From contig CAIYXB010000083.1 in NCBI GenBank assembly GCA_903930015.1, positions 1 to 48,087 on the forward strand: a stretch of DNA of 48,087 nucleotides, in the 5' to 3' direction. The notes under the pieces are model-generated. The model saw nothing but the letters and a program-made list of their open reading frames with translations, had not been told where the DNA came from and did no database searches. The position numbers were made by a program, and so were the translations under genes. The stretch is from an uncultured bacterium. Its GTDB lineage: Bacteria; Cyanobacteriota; Vampirovibrionia; LMEP-6097. Below, in pieces: positions 28,274-37,662 of the stretch; within the stretch, counting starts at the first letter, position 1, and each line of letters opens with the position of its first letter.

Positions 28274-29119
28274 ATGCTGACATCATCAGGTTTATCTGGG
28301 GTTAATAGTTTTAATGCTTTAAATAAAGCAACATTTAGCTTAGGTAAAAGTCTTGAGAAACTTTCAACGAGTTTTAGAATTAATAGAGCGAGTGATGATG
28401 CCGCAGGTATGTCTATCTCTACAAAAATGACAAGCGAAATTATGGGCAGAGATTCTGTTTCAAAAAATCTTGGTGATGGTATGAGTAGTTTGCGCACTGC
28501 TGGTGGCGGACTTGATGCGATTCGTGGTGACTTGCAAAAAATGCGCGAACTCACTGTTCAAGCGGCAAATGGCACTAACAGTCCAGAGCAATTAACTGCG
28601 ATACAAGGTGAAATAGATGCACTCAAGGGTAACATTAATGACTTTGCTGCAAATACAGAATTCAACGGCAAAAATCTGCTCGACGGTAGTGGAGGAAGCA
28701 CAAGCATAGTAACAGATCCATCAGGAGGCAGTCTAGCAGTAGATTACACTGGTAATTTTGGATCTGCTTCAGCAGTTGCAGCAGGCAATCTTAATGAAGG
28801 ATTGACTGGGGATATTGCATCTGTTGATGTCACAGTCGCAGGCGGAGCGACAGCTGCGCTTTCTGATATTGACCAAGCACTTGATAATGTCACAGCTCAA
28901 ATGAGTGAATATGGTGCTCAAGAAAACGCACTTCAAAGTATGGCTGATTACAATAGTATAAAACAAGAAGCGGCTATGTCCTCTAGATCTAGGATTATGG
29001 ATACTGATTTTGCAAGTAGCATGAGCGAATTTCAAAGCGCAAAAATACAAGCTAAGCTTGCGGCAAGTCTTAACAACTTTAATTCAAATCTTGTTTTAAA
29101 TCTTCTACCAGGCAAGTAG
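28274..29119 (+). CDS. fliC: Flagellin (short, ~281 aa, lacks a variable middle domain)
   Basis: N-domain LEKLSTSFRINRASDDAAGMSIS...MRELTVQAANGTNS and C-domain YGAQENALQS...SRSRIMDTDFASSMSEF. The ORF opens at 28208, but the ATG at 28274 is preceded by ggggg and matches flagellin N-termini. Confidence 0.85.
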   Translation: MLTSSGLSGVNSFNALNKATFSLGKSLEKLSTSFRINRASDDAAGMSISTKMTSEIMGRDSVSKNLGDGMSSLRTAGGGLDAIRGDLQKMRELTVQAANGTNSPEQLTAIQGEIDALKGNINDFAANTEFNGKNLLDGSGGSTSIVTDPSGGSLAVDYTGNFGSASAVAAGNLNEGLTGDIASVDVTVAGGATAALSDIDQALDNVTAQMSEYGAQENALQSMADYNSIKQEAAMSSRSRIMDTDFASSMSEFQSAKIQAKLAASLNNFNSNLVLNLLPGK

Positions 29120-29216
29120 AGCTACAAGCACCAAAATAGAATGCACTGAAACTCACTATTTAAGTGGGTTTTTGTGCTTAAGTAGCAGTTCACAGAAGAA
29201 TAGTATATTAAACCCG

Positions 29217-29358
29217 AAAAGTTTTCTTCAAATCGCAACAACTCTTTCGCATTCGGCGCAGCTGCTGTGGCAATTTTTTTGTTGTTTTGCTTTGCAAAAC
29301 GAATAGGCAACGCCAATCCGATATGCTTCAGAGTGTTGCGAATTTTCCAAAAACTTTT
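29217..29358 (+). repeat. Family-2 ~142-nt hairpin element, copy C
   Basis: TIRs aaaagttttcttcaaatcgcaaca and tgttgcgaattttccaaaaactttt. The stem can be extended inward to gcattcgg/ccgatatgc. It lies between flagellin and the caspase-like gene. Confidence 0.9.
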
Positions 29359-29535
29359 CTTGTTTAATATAAGTACCAGTAGCCTAATAATACATGTGGA
29401 GTTTGATTGCAAGCTTTTACGTAACCCTCAGATTAAAAAACTTCTTTTATTAGTGCGCCCTTAACCGCTTCTTAAAAGAAATTTGTTAGTTATGTATTCG
29501 TAGAGGAGTATTTTATTCTCTACACATCTCCCCAG

Positions 29536-30813
29536 ATGAAAAGTACAAACACTAACATCAAAACAAATTCAGCATCAAGTGGTCTTGGTGCTATCAGATC
29601 TGCAACACGTAATGTTTCAGGTAATGAAAGAAATAGTGTTCATACTATGAGCACACTAAATGATTCTAAAAATTCTGCAAAAACAACAGACTCTAAAGAT
29701 GGACTAAATAAATCATCAACTGATAAAAATTCTGACGCTGGTGAATACACACAAGATAGAGAAGCAAATTTTGCAGCAAGACTCGCGAGTAATGGACGAG
29801 ATATGGCATACATTAGAGGAGCTAATTTTGGTAAAAACGGAATTTCTCCTGGTGCCTTTGCAAGCTCAAGCAGTTCTAGTTTAGGAGCAATACCTTTAGC
29901 AGCTCCTTCGTGGTCTGGCTCTGGAGCAGTTGCAGCAGGGAATGGTAATGATAGTCTTCCTTATGGTCAAAGATGGGAAAGAGGTAACAATGGTTATATC
30001 GGTGGTACAGCTGATCTCAGCAAAGAAGATTTAAAATTACTTGAAGGTGGCAAAGGAGATGGCAATTTTTCTGTTATCAACTCTACAGTATCAAGTAAGG
30101 TTTCTTGGATGACAGATAACGGTAATTTTTTAACTCAACACTTACGCAGTCAAGTAGAGCGTGGTAAGAGTATTGGTGAGGTATTTAATGAAGTACATGG
30201 TAAAAATGTTGGTGGCAATTCACAGACTTTGAACATTAACGGAAATAAAATAGATGATGATTTTGGTAAAGAAGGTAATAAAGCCTCTCATGCTGTTTTT
30301 TTAGCAGACCTACAACACGGGCAGCATGGACATATGTTCAAATCTGATTTTGAAAACTTTAAAGCAGTAGCACTTGCTTCAGGTGTAGCTGCTGACAAAA
30401 TTAAGGTAGTAGATAATTGGGCTGATTATAAAGCTGAAATAACAGCTGCGGTAAAAGACGCGGACACCATCAAAGAACGAGATGGAGACAAAGCTCAGCT
30501 TGGATTACTTACTGGAACAGCTGCCCATGGATACTCATTTGGCGGACAAGGTGTTCATGATCCAAACGCTACAAGTGGCTTTAGTGTCCGCGGACAAGAT
30601 ATTAAAGAGAAACAAATTGAAGATTTAATAGGGATGGCTGATGCACATTTTAATAACACTCTAATGATCAACTGCCCATGTCACTCTGGTGGTTTTGATG
30701 GTAAAACGGATTTACTTGCGGAAGGTAAGTTAGATGGTATAAAAAACAATGATACTGACCCAACAAAACCTGAAAACAATAATCAAGACAAACAGCCTGA
30801 GAAGATTGCTTAA
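29536..30813 (+). CDS. Protein with a long low-complexity N-terminal region and a C-terminal caspase-fold (clan CD, C14-like) domain
   Basis: HAVFLADL (beta1-like) ... QLGLLTGTAAHG ... about 50 aa ... TLMINCPCHSGGF. Order and spacing match the His-Gly / Cys-x-Ser-Gly dyad of caspases and metacaspases. No signal peptide. Confidence 0.5.
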   Translation: MKSTNTNIKTNSASSGLGAIRSATRNVSGNERNSVHTMSTLNDSKNSAKTTDSKDGLNKSSTDKNSDAGEYTQDREANFAARLASNGRDMAYIRGANFGKNGISPGAFASSSSSSLGAIPLAAPSWSGSGAVAAGNGNDSLPYGQRWERGNNGYIGGTADLSKEDLKLLEGGKGDGNFSVINSTVSSKVSWMTDNGNFLTQHLRSQVERGKSIGEVFNEVHGKNVGGNSQTLNINGNKIDDDFGKEGNKASHAVFLADLQHGQHGHMFKSDFENFKAVALASGVAADKIKVVDNWADYKAEITAAVKDADTIKERDGDKAQLGLLTGTAAHGYSFGGQGVHDPNATSGFSVRGQDIKEKQIEDLIGMADAHFNNTLMINCPCHSGGFDGKTDLLAEGKLDGIKNNDTDPTKPENNNQDKQPEKIA

Positions 30814-31409
30814 TTACATTTCTCAATAAGAAATTTATCCAAAATATTTTTCTGTTCTTCAAGTGAATATTTAAAATTTTCAAAACCAGCTTTGCGTCTC
30901 TGTCTTGTCATTTCAAAAAGACAAATAGCTGCTGTCACTGATAGATTCAGGCTTTGGATCAAACCTTGCATGGGGATATTTAGAATTGCATCAGACTGTT
31001 CAATTAATGAATCGCTTAAACCCTCTTTTTCATTACCAAAACAAATAGCAAACTTTTCACTCGCACAAAAATCAAATTCAAAAATCGAAGTTGAATTATC
31101 TGTCAGTGCTGTTGCGATAATTTTATAATTTTCTTCTTTAAGTTTTTTTATGCATTTTTCTGTTGAATCAAAGATTTCATAATCTATCCATTTATTAGCT
31201 GATGCCGCTGCTAACTTACCAAATTTAGTTGGATCAAAAGCTTTTTTCTTTTCAAAAATTAAGTAAACTTTTTGAATCCCAAAACACTCACAACTTCTTA
31301 TCACAGCAAAGGCGTTGTGCTTATCTATAATATCTTGAAGTACTACAACTCCCTGCTGCCTATTTAAGGCTGCTTTTTTTATTCTTTCTAATCTTCTTTG
31401 AGTAACCAT
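30810..31409 (-). CDS. trmH: SpoU/TrmH-family RNA 2'-O-methyltransferase
   Basis: C-terminal SPOUT motifs FGNEKEGLS and IPMQGLIQSLNLSVTAAICLFE. Confidence 0.85.
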   Translation of the reverse strand: MVTQRRLERIKKAALNRQQGVVVLQDIIDKHNAFAVIRSCECFGIQKVYLIFEKKKAFDPTKFGKLAAASANKWIDYEIFDSTEKCIKKLKEENYKIIATALTDNSTSIFEFDFCASEKFAICFGNEKEGLSDSLIEQSDAILNIPMQGLIQSLNLSVTAAICLFEMTRQRRKAGFENFKYSLEEQKNILDKFLIEKCN

Positions 31410-31436
31410 TATAAAAACGCTATAATTTTAACTCAT

Positions 31437-32147
31437 ATGCGAATTCTAAAAGACATCAGAGACTCAGAAATTTTTTTCGGTGCAATATTTTTACTCTCCG
31501 TTATTATTTTCTCTTTCACGGTATCTGGAGCTGTAAATGATTTCAACTCAAGGAACCGCGCTGTATCAGTTAAGGGTCTTTCAGAAAAAATAGTCGAAGC
31601 TGATCTTGCACTTTGGCCTATTAGCTCTACAGCAACATCAAACTCTCTTATAGAAATTCATGCAAAAATTTCAGAAGACCAAGCAGCTATAAAGAATTTT
31701 TTGATTGAACAAGGCTTTAAAGAAAATGAAATTACAACAAAACAACCTACTATTCAAGATAGACAAGCAAATGTTTACTATGAGAATAATTCAAATCAAT
31801 TAAGATACATCGCTGATATTGGATTACTTGTTAAAACAAACAAAGTCGCTCTTGTAAAAAAAGCAATGCAAAAATCTGCTGACCTTATCAGCAAAAATAT
31901 AAGCCTTGGTAACTCAAGCGCTGAATATATTTTCAGCAAATTAAATGATGTAAAACCAGAAATGATAGAAGAAGCTACTAAGCAAGCCAGAATTGCAGCA
32001 AAGAAATTTGCACAAGATTCAGGAAGCAGAATTAAAGGCATTAAACATGCTGATCAAGGACTCTTTACGATGGAACCTATTCATTACTATAACCCTGAGA
32101 TTATCAAAATCAGAGTAGTAACAAATATTGATTACTATATTAAATAA
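31437..32147 (+). CDS. SIMPL (DUF541)-like membrane-anchored protein
   Basis: N-terminal TM helix, then RAVSVKGLSEKIVEADLA and the C-terminal AKKFAQDSGSRIKGIKHADQG pattern typical of SIMPL/YggE proteins. The ORF opens at 31398. I prefer the ATG at 31437. Confidence 0.55.
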   Translation: MRILKDIRDSEIFFGAIFLLSVIIFSFTVSGAVNDFNSRNRAVSVKGLSEKIVEADLALWPISSTATSNSLIEIHAKISEDQAAIKNFLIEQGFKENEITTKQPTIQDRQANVYYENNSNQLRYIADIGLLVKTNKVALVKKAMQKSADLISKNISLGNSSAEYIFSKLNDVKPEMIEEATKQARIAAKKFAQDSGSRIKGIKHADQGLFTMEPIHYYNPEIIKIRVVTNIDYYIK

Positions 32148-32175
32148 CAAGGATAGGCAAAAATACCTAGCCTTG
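32148..32175 (+). terminator. Hairpin after the SIMPL-like gene (possible terminator, no T-run)
   Basis: caaggatagg/cctagccttg, 9 of 10 bp, 8-nt loop. Confidence 0.3.
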
Positions 32176-32317
32176 ATATTAAAGATTAAGCTTTGAGATC
32201 GCTAACAACACTTCAAGGTTACACTGAAAAATAGAAAATTATAGTAACTAGGCATTGGTACCTATATATTTTAACTTTGCATTAGGGTTATAATATGTAT
32301 CACTGGATTACAGCCTT

Positions 32318-33904
32318 ATGAAAAGAAATTTGATACTTAGTCTTTTATTTTGCTTATCTACAAGCCAAGCAGTTTTTGCAAATGCAGATCATTACACCAC
32401 AAGAACTATTGATGGCAAATACAATAATATAAAAAATAAAAATTGGGGTAAATCTGGCTGTCCATTTTCAAGGTTTGCACAAGACCAGTATACAGATAAA
32501 AAAGACGGTGAAATGCCTCTAGAACATCTTCCTAATCCAAGAAGAGTCTCTAATGAAATTTTTAATCAAAAAGCAGAAGTTTTAAATGACAGAAATTTAT
32601 CCGATATAGTTTGGCAATGGGGACAGTTACTTGATCACGATATGACTTTATTTGAAGATAGTAAAGAAGAGCCAATGCCGATCGAAGTTCCAGCAGGAGA
32701 CGAAATATTTGATAAAAATTCACAAGGAAATTTAGCACTAACTTTTTTCAGATCAATTTCAAGAATTGGCACAAGAACAGAAACACGAACTCCAGTGAAT
32801 ATAAATACCTCTTATATAGATGCATCAACAGTCTATGGTTCTGATGAAACAAGAGCAAGGGTACTTAGAGACTTAAACAACAAAGGATTAATGAAAGTTA
32901 GTGATGGAAATAGATTGCCATTTAATCTTTTTGGACTCCCAAACGGTGGTGGAGCTAACAACAAAAACATGTATCTATCTGGTGATCCTCGCACAAATGA
33001 ACAAATTGGTCTTCTAACCATACATACACTTTTTGTAAGAGAACATAATAGAAAAGCAAAAGAAATAGCTGCTAAAAATCCTGAGTTAAGCGACGAAGAG
33101 ATTTACAGAAAAACTAGAGAATATGTTGGTGCACTCACTCAGCATATTACTTACTCTGAGTTTTTACCTGCCTTACTAGGAAAGGATGCCATAAAACCTT
33201 ACACTGGCTATAACAGTAAAATACTACCTTCTATCAGAAATGAATTTTCGACTTTTGCTTTTAGATTTGGTCATACAGCAGTATCTCCAACAATCAAAAG
33301 AGTTGATAACGAGGGTAAAGATCTTGGTGATATCGTTTTAATGGAATCATTTTTCAAACCTCAATTACTGTCTAGCTCCCAAGAAGTTGGTTATATAATG
33401 AAAGGCTTAGCATCAAAGAGAATGCAAGAGATTGATACAGAGGTTATCGATGGGCTAAGAAACTTTTTATTCAAAGATGTTCCTAATGAGCAAATGCGTG
33501 ACTTGATTTCAATCAACCTTCAAAGAAGTCGTGATCATGGAATTACTGATATTAATACTTTAAGAGCAAGTTTTGGATTAAAACCATATACTAGTTTTTC
33601 TGAAGTAACTAAAAATAAAGAACTTGTAGCTAAGCTTCAAAGTCTTTATGCAAAAGTTGAAGACGTAGATCCATTTGTACTCGTTCTTGCTGAAGATCAC
33701 TTACCAGGAACTTCAATGGGTGAAACTATTTCAAGGATTTTAGTAGAGCAGTTTACAAGACTGCGTGATGGAGATAGATTTTATTTTGAAAATAAATTGC
33801 CACCAGAAGAAGTCGCTGAAATAAAAGCACTTAAGTTGTCTGATATTATTAAACTCAATACACAAATTTCTAATATCCAAGAGAATGTATTTTTTGTGAA
33901 TTAG
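32318..33904 (+). CDS. Secreted animal-type haem peroxidase (peroxidase-cyclooxygenase superfamily)
   Basis: Signal peptide. Distal-His motif WQWGQLLDHD, Ca-site YIDASTVYGS, GDPRTNEQIGLLTIHTLFVREHNR, proximal-His FRFGHT. Confidence 0.9.
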   Translation: MKRNLILSLLFCLSTSQAVFANADHYTTRTIDGKYNNIKNKNWGKSGCPFSRFAQDQYTDKKDGEMPLEHLPNPRRVSNEIFNQKAEVLNDRNLSDIVWQWGQLLDHDMTLFEDSKEEPMPIEVPAGDEIFDKNSQGNLALTFFRSISRIGTRTETRTPVNINTSYIDASTVYGSDETRARVLRDLNNKGLMKVSDGNRLPFNLFGLPNGGGANNKNMYLSGDPRTNEQIGLLTIHTLFVREHNRKAKEIAAKNPELSDEEIYRKTREYVGALTQHITYSEFLPALLGKDAIKPYTGYNSKILPSIRNEFSTFAFRFGHTAVSPTIKRVDNEGKDLGDIVLMESFFKPQLLSSSQEVGYIMKGLASKRMQEIDTEVIDGLRNFLFKDVPNEQMRDLISINLQRSRDHGITDINTLRASFGLKPYTSFSEVTKNKELVAKLQSLYAKVEDVDPFVLVLAEDHLPGTSMGETISRILVEQFTRLRDGDRFYFENKLPPEEVAEIKALKLSDIIKLNTQISNIQENVFFVN

Positions 33905-33923
33905 TTTTTGCATTAAATTAAAT

Positions 33924-34610
33924 TTAACACAAAAGATTTTCGTAAAAAGCACCAATTCTATTTTTGGGATCTACAATATGAATCTCTAGAATCCAAACTC
34001 CCGCTTGCATTTTACTATCGTATTCAGCAATGCCTTTATTCCAGCACGCTCCATGAGAGAATAATCCAAGTAAATGCCCACAGGACTTGAGTATAAATTG
34101 ATAACCCATTTTATTTGCGCTAAGTTCAATATACTTTTGCATTTCAATGCCAGTAGGATTTTTTTCTTTAAAAAATTTCAATCCCTCTTCAAATAAAGAC
34201 TCACTTGCTTCAATAATATTTTTATGTAATTTATTTTCTCCAAAACATATAGTTCTACCAAGATCACCTTCAATATCTCCAAAGATTGGTCCTATATCAA
34301 CAAATGCTATATCTTCTTCTTTTAAAGTTAGATCTTCAATCGCTTTATCAGCATAAGTAAGCAATGTATTTGCTCCAAATCGAATATAAGGATTATGCCA
34401 AGACCTGTGGATTCCATGGTCTAAATAAATTTCTTTGGTTAAGGCTAGTATTTCTGATTCTTTCTTTCCTGGCTTTATCTTACTAATAATTTCCTCAAGA
34501 ACAATCTTTGATTTAGACATAGTCTCTTCAATCAAGGATAAATCTTGCGCTAGAAAATATTCATCAACAGATTTTGCTTTAAATACCATGATTTTAAGTA
34601 TAACACTCAA
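33924..34610 (-). CDS. M24-fold (creatinase/aminopeptidase-like) protein, catalytic domain only
   Basis: VDIGPIFGDIEGDLGRT, CGHLLG and LEIHIV...FYENLL in the order of the M24 metal ligands. TTG at 34610, alternative ATG at 34589. Confidence 0.55.
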   Translation of the reverse strand: MSVILKIMVFKAKSVDEYFLAQDLSLIEETMSKSKIVLEEIISKIKPGKKESEILALTKEIYLDHGIHRSWHNPYIRFGANTLLTYADKAIEDLTLKEEDIAFVDIGPIFGDIEGDLGRTICFGENKLHKNIIEASESLFEEGLKFFKEKNPTGIEMQKYIELSANKMGYQFILKSCGHLLGLFSHGACWNKGIAEYDSKMQAGVWILEIHIVDPKNRIGAFYENLLC

Positions 34611-34643
34611 GATATTTACTATGAATCAGTTAAAATATAATAC

Positions 34644-36218
34644 ATGGCAAATCAAATGGAAGAGCTTAAAAATAAAGTCGACGGTATTGACGTTTGGCAA
34701 CATATTGAAGCTGCTGCCAAAATTGGTTTTAGCGCTGTTGATCAAGAACTAGTTCCTCTTTTCAAATGGTATGGAATATACGCACAAAAACCAAAAGAAG
34801 ATGGTTTTTTTATGATGCGCATTAAGATACCAGGAGGACAAATAAACTCTAAACAACTCAGAAAAATAGAGGATCTTTCAAACAGGTACGCAGATGGAGT
34901 CTGTGATATAACAACCAGACAAGCAATTCAATTACACTGGCTTAAAATAGAAAACATACCAACTATCTTAAAAGAACTTGCTGAGGTTGGTATGGATACA
35001 TTTGGAGGCTGTGGCGATATACTTAGAAACGTTACGGGATGCCCGCTTGCTGGCTTAGTAGAAGATGAAATATTTGATGCTTCAAAAGAGCTAATTGAAA
35101 TTGATAATTTTTTCACACGTAATAGAGATTACTCAAATTTACCTAGAAAGTACAAAATGTCTGTAACCGGCTGCTCAACAAGATGTTCGCAACCTGATAT
35201 AAACTGTGCCTCACTCGTTGGCGTAAAACACCCAAAGACAAACGAAGAGGGATTTGCTCTTAAAGTAGGTGGTGGACTTAGTACAAAACCTATGATAGCA
35301 AGTGATTTTCCTGTATTTATCAAAAGATCACAAGCAAAAGATGTCATAGAAGCTGTTACAAAAGTTTATAGAGATCATGGCTTTCGTGAGAAAAGACACA
35401 ACTCCAGACTTAAGTTTTTACTAGAGGATTGGGGTGTTGAGAAATTTTTAAGCACTGTAAAACAAGAATTAGATTTTACATTAGACAGAGTAGAAGAAAA
35501 TTTCCCAAATCCAGACACCAGTCATCATGATCATATGGGAATAAGTAAACTAAAGAATGGTTATTATGCTGTCGGTGTTGCTTTTGTTAGTGGTAGAGCT
35601 AGAAATCCAGACTTATGCAACGTAGCAAACTTAATTGACGCCTACACCCAAAAAGGTGAGGCACGCAACACAAACAAGCAAAACCTAATCATAGTCAATG
35701 TTTTAGAATCAAAACTAGAAGAGTTATTAAGTAAAGCAAAAGAATATGGTTTAAAGATTGAAGACTCTGCTTTCACAAGGCTTGGAGTTGCTTGCACTGG
35801 AACTGAATACTGTAATCTAGCAATTGTTGAGACTAAACAAAGAGCAAAAGAACTGTTTGAATATCTCGATTCTAAGTTTCCTGGTTTTCAAGAAGAACTA
35901 ATGATCTCAGTAACAGGTTGCCCAAACAATTGCGCACAATACTCGATCGCAGACATTGGTATAGTTGGCTGCAAGGTCAAAATTAACGATATAGCGCAAG
36001 ATGCATTTAGGATTTTTCTTGGAGGCAGGCTGGGTCATAACGCTCAATTTGGCAAGCCTTTAGAGAAAAGATACTTGCATAAAAACATTCATACTACACT
36101 AAAAGAGCTTTTAGCTTTTTATTTTCAGAAGAAAACCTCAAAAGAGAATTTTAGATCCTTTCTTGATAGATATGGAGTAGAAAATATTGAAAATGGAGCC
36201 CTCGCTAATTGCAACTAG
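34644..36218 (+). CDS. sir: Sulfite (or nitrite) reductase hemoprotein, Sir/NirA family (siroheme and 4Fe-4S)
   Basis: Two NIR/SIR repeats. Cys cluster motifs VTGCSTRCSQPDI and VTGCPNNCAQYSIADIG. Context with cysH and siroheme genes favours sulfite reductase. Confidence 0.85.
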   Translation: MANQMEELKNKVDGIDVWQHIEAAAKIGFSAVDQELVPLFKWYGIYAQKPKEDGFFMMRIKIPGGQINSKQLRKIEDLSNRYADGVCDITTRQAIQLHWLKIENIPTILKELAEVGMDTFGGCGDILRNVTGCPLAGLVEDEIFDASKELIEIDNFFTRNRDYSNLPRKYKMSVTGCSTRCSQPDINCASLVGVKHPKTNEEGFALKVGGGLSTKPMIASDFPVFIKRSQAKDVIEAVTKVYRDHGFREKRHNSRLKFLLEDWGVEKFLSTVKQELDFTLDRVEENFPNPDTSHHDHMGISKLKNGYYAVGVAFVSGRARNPDLCNVANLIDAYTQKGEARNTNKQNLIIVNVLESKLEELLSKAKEYGLKIEDSAFTRLGVACTGTEYCNLAIVETKQRAKELFEYLDSKFPGFQEELMISVTGCPNNCAQYSIADIGIVGCKVKINDIAQDAFRIFLGGRLGHNAQFGKPLEKRYLHKNIHTTLKELLAFYFQKKTSKENFRSFLDRYGVENIENGALANCN

Positions 36219-37045
36219 CAGAGCTCACCAGCAATGATCCGAATGCTTTCCAGTCACCTGGATTTTGGTCTAGACTTGGAAATATTCTTGAAGAAAAAAA
36301 TACAGAAGAGTATTTAAGTTTTGCCATAAATGAACTTTTAAATCATGGTGATTTAGTTTTCTTAACTGCCTTTGGTGCTGAAGGCTGCGTACTTATTGAC
36401 ATACTTTCAAAAGCACTTGAGAACATACCTGAAAACAGGATTGTAAGATCGTTAGATGAACTAGAAAAACACCAGCAAAGTCATAATCAAATTGGCAAAT
36501 TTATACTTGCAAATTTAGATACTGAATACCAATTTAAAGAAAGCTTAGAGCTAAAAGAAAGACTAGAAGAGAAATACAAACTGCCTATACTTTTAATTAA
36601 GCCTGAAATAACAAAAGAAGAACAAGCAAAGATTTATGGGACCAATAGCTTATACGAAACTGATCCTGATCAATGCTGTTATATACGCAAAATTAAGCCT
36701 CTTAATAAATTACTATCAAATAAACTTGCCTGGATAACTAGCATAAGGCGCGATCAAACAGAAGTTAGAGCTAAAGCAAAATCATTTGAATATGATTTTA
36801 AATTCAAACTTGGTAAAATCAATCCTCTAATAAAGTGGACTAAATCAGATATTTGGAAATTTATACACGAAAATAATGTGCCATATAATCCTTTACTAGA
36901 TCAAGGTTATGACAGTATTGGCTGTGAACCATGCACTAAACCTGGTTTAGATCGACAAGGCCGATGGGCTGGAAAAGATAAAATTGAGTGTGGCTTACAT
37001 TTACAAGACTCTGATCTTGCCCAAGGTGGAGAATTCGTTATCTAA
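36209..37045 (+). CDS. cysH: Adenylylsulfate/phosphoadenylylsulfate reductase, Fe-S (APS reductase) type
   Basis: CC...CxxC cluster ligands (DQCCYIRKIKPL, GCEPCT) and C-terminal ECGLH motif. TTG start overlapping sir by 10 nt. There is a ~25-aa insertion in the N-terminal half. Confidence 0.85.
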   Translation: MQLAELTSNDPNAFQSPGFWSRLGNILEEKNTEEYLSFAINELLNHGDLVFLTAFGAEGCVLIDILSKALENIPENRIVRSLDELEKHQQSHNQIGKFILANLDTEYQFKESLELKERLEEKYKLPILLIKPEITKEEQAKIYGTNSLYETDPDQCCYIRKIKPLNKLLSNKLAWITSIRRDQTEVRAKAKSFEYDFKFKLGKINPLIKWTKSDIWKFIHENNVPYNPLLDQGYDSIGCEPCTKPGLDRQGRWAGKDKIECGLHLQDSDLAQGGEFVI

Positions 37046-37662
37046 TGGCTGAAAATCTTCTATATCCTGTTTTTTTAAAGCTAGAGGGACGAAAGGTACT
37101 TGTCATCGGAGGCGGGTTTGTAGCGTTTCAGAAATTAACAAGCCTTATTCAAACTAAAGCTAAATTAACTGTTATCGCACCAAACATTATTAACGAAATT
37201 AGAGAGCTTGATGGTGAATTTCCAAATAAAAGATATATAGATTTTATAGAAAGAGACTATAATTGGGGCGATGAAAAAGATGCTTTCATGGTGATTGCTG
37301 CAACTAATATTCCAGAACTGAATTTATCTATTTTAAATCGATGTAAAGATCAACTAATTCTTGCAAGCTCAGTTGATCACACCGAAGAATCTGATTTTTT
37401 CGTACCTAGTATTGCCTGTCAGTCAGACATTAAAATTGCAATAAGCACAAACGGAAAAGCTCCAGGACTTGCTCAGGGACTCAGAAAGCTCATACAAAAT
37501 AATTTTCTTACTCATTATGCGAAGCGTGTACCACTGGTTTACAGCTTTAGAGAAAGAATTAAAGAGAAATACTCAGACAATAAAAAAAGAAATAAATTAA
37601 TTCGCCAATTCACTCAAAGACAATTAAGAAGAATAGAATCGGAGCTTAATCTTGCTAAATAA
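37045..37662 (+). CDS. sirC: Precorrin-2 dehydrogenase / sirohydrochlorin ferrochelatase (SirC / CysG N-domain-like)
   Basis: N-terminal Rossmann motif KVLVIGGGFVAFQK. TAATG overlap with cysH. Confidence 0.75.
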   Translation: MAENLLYPVFLKLEGRKVLVIGGGFVAFQKLTSLIQTKAKLTVIAPNIINEIRELDGEFPNKRYIDFIERDYNWGDEKDAFMVIAATNIPELNLSILNRCKDQLILASSVDHTEESDFFVPSIACQSDIKIAISTNGKAPGLAQGLRKLIQNNFLTHYAKRVPLVYSFRERIKEKYSDNKKRNKLIRQFTQRQLRRIESELNLAK

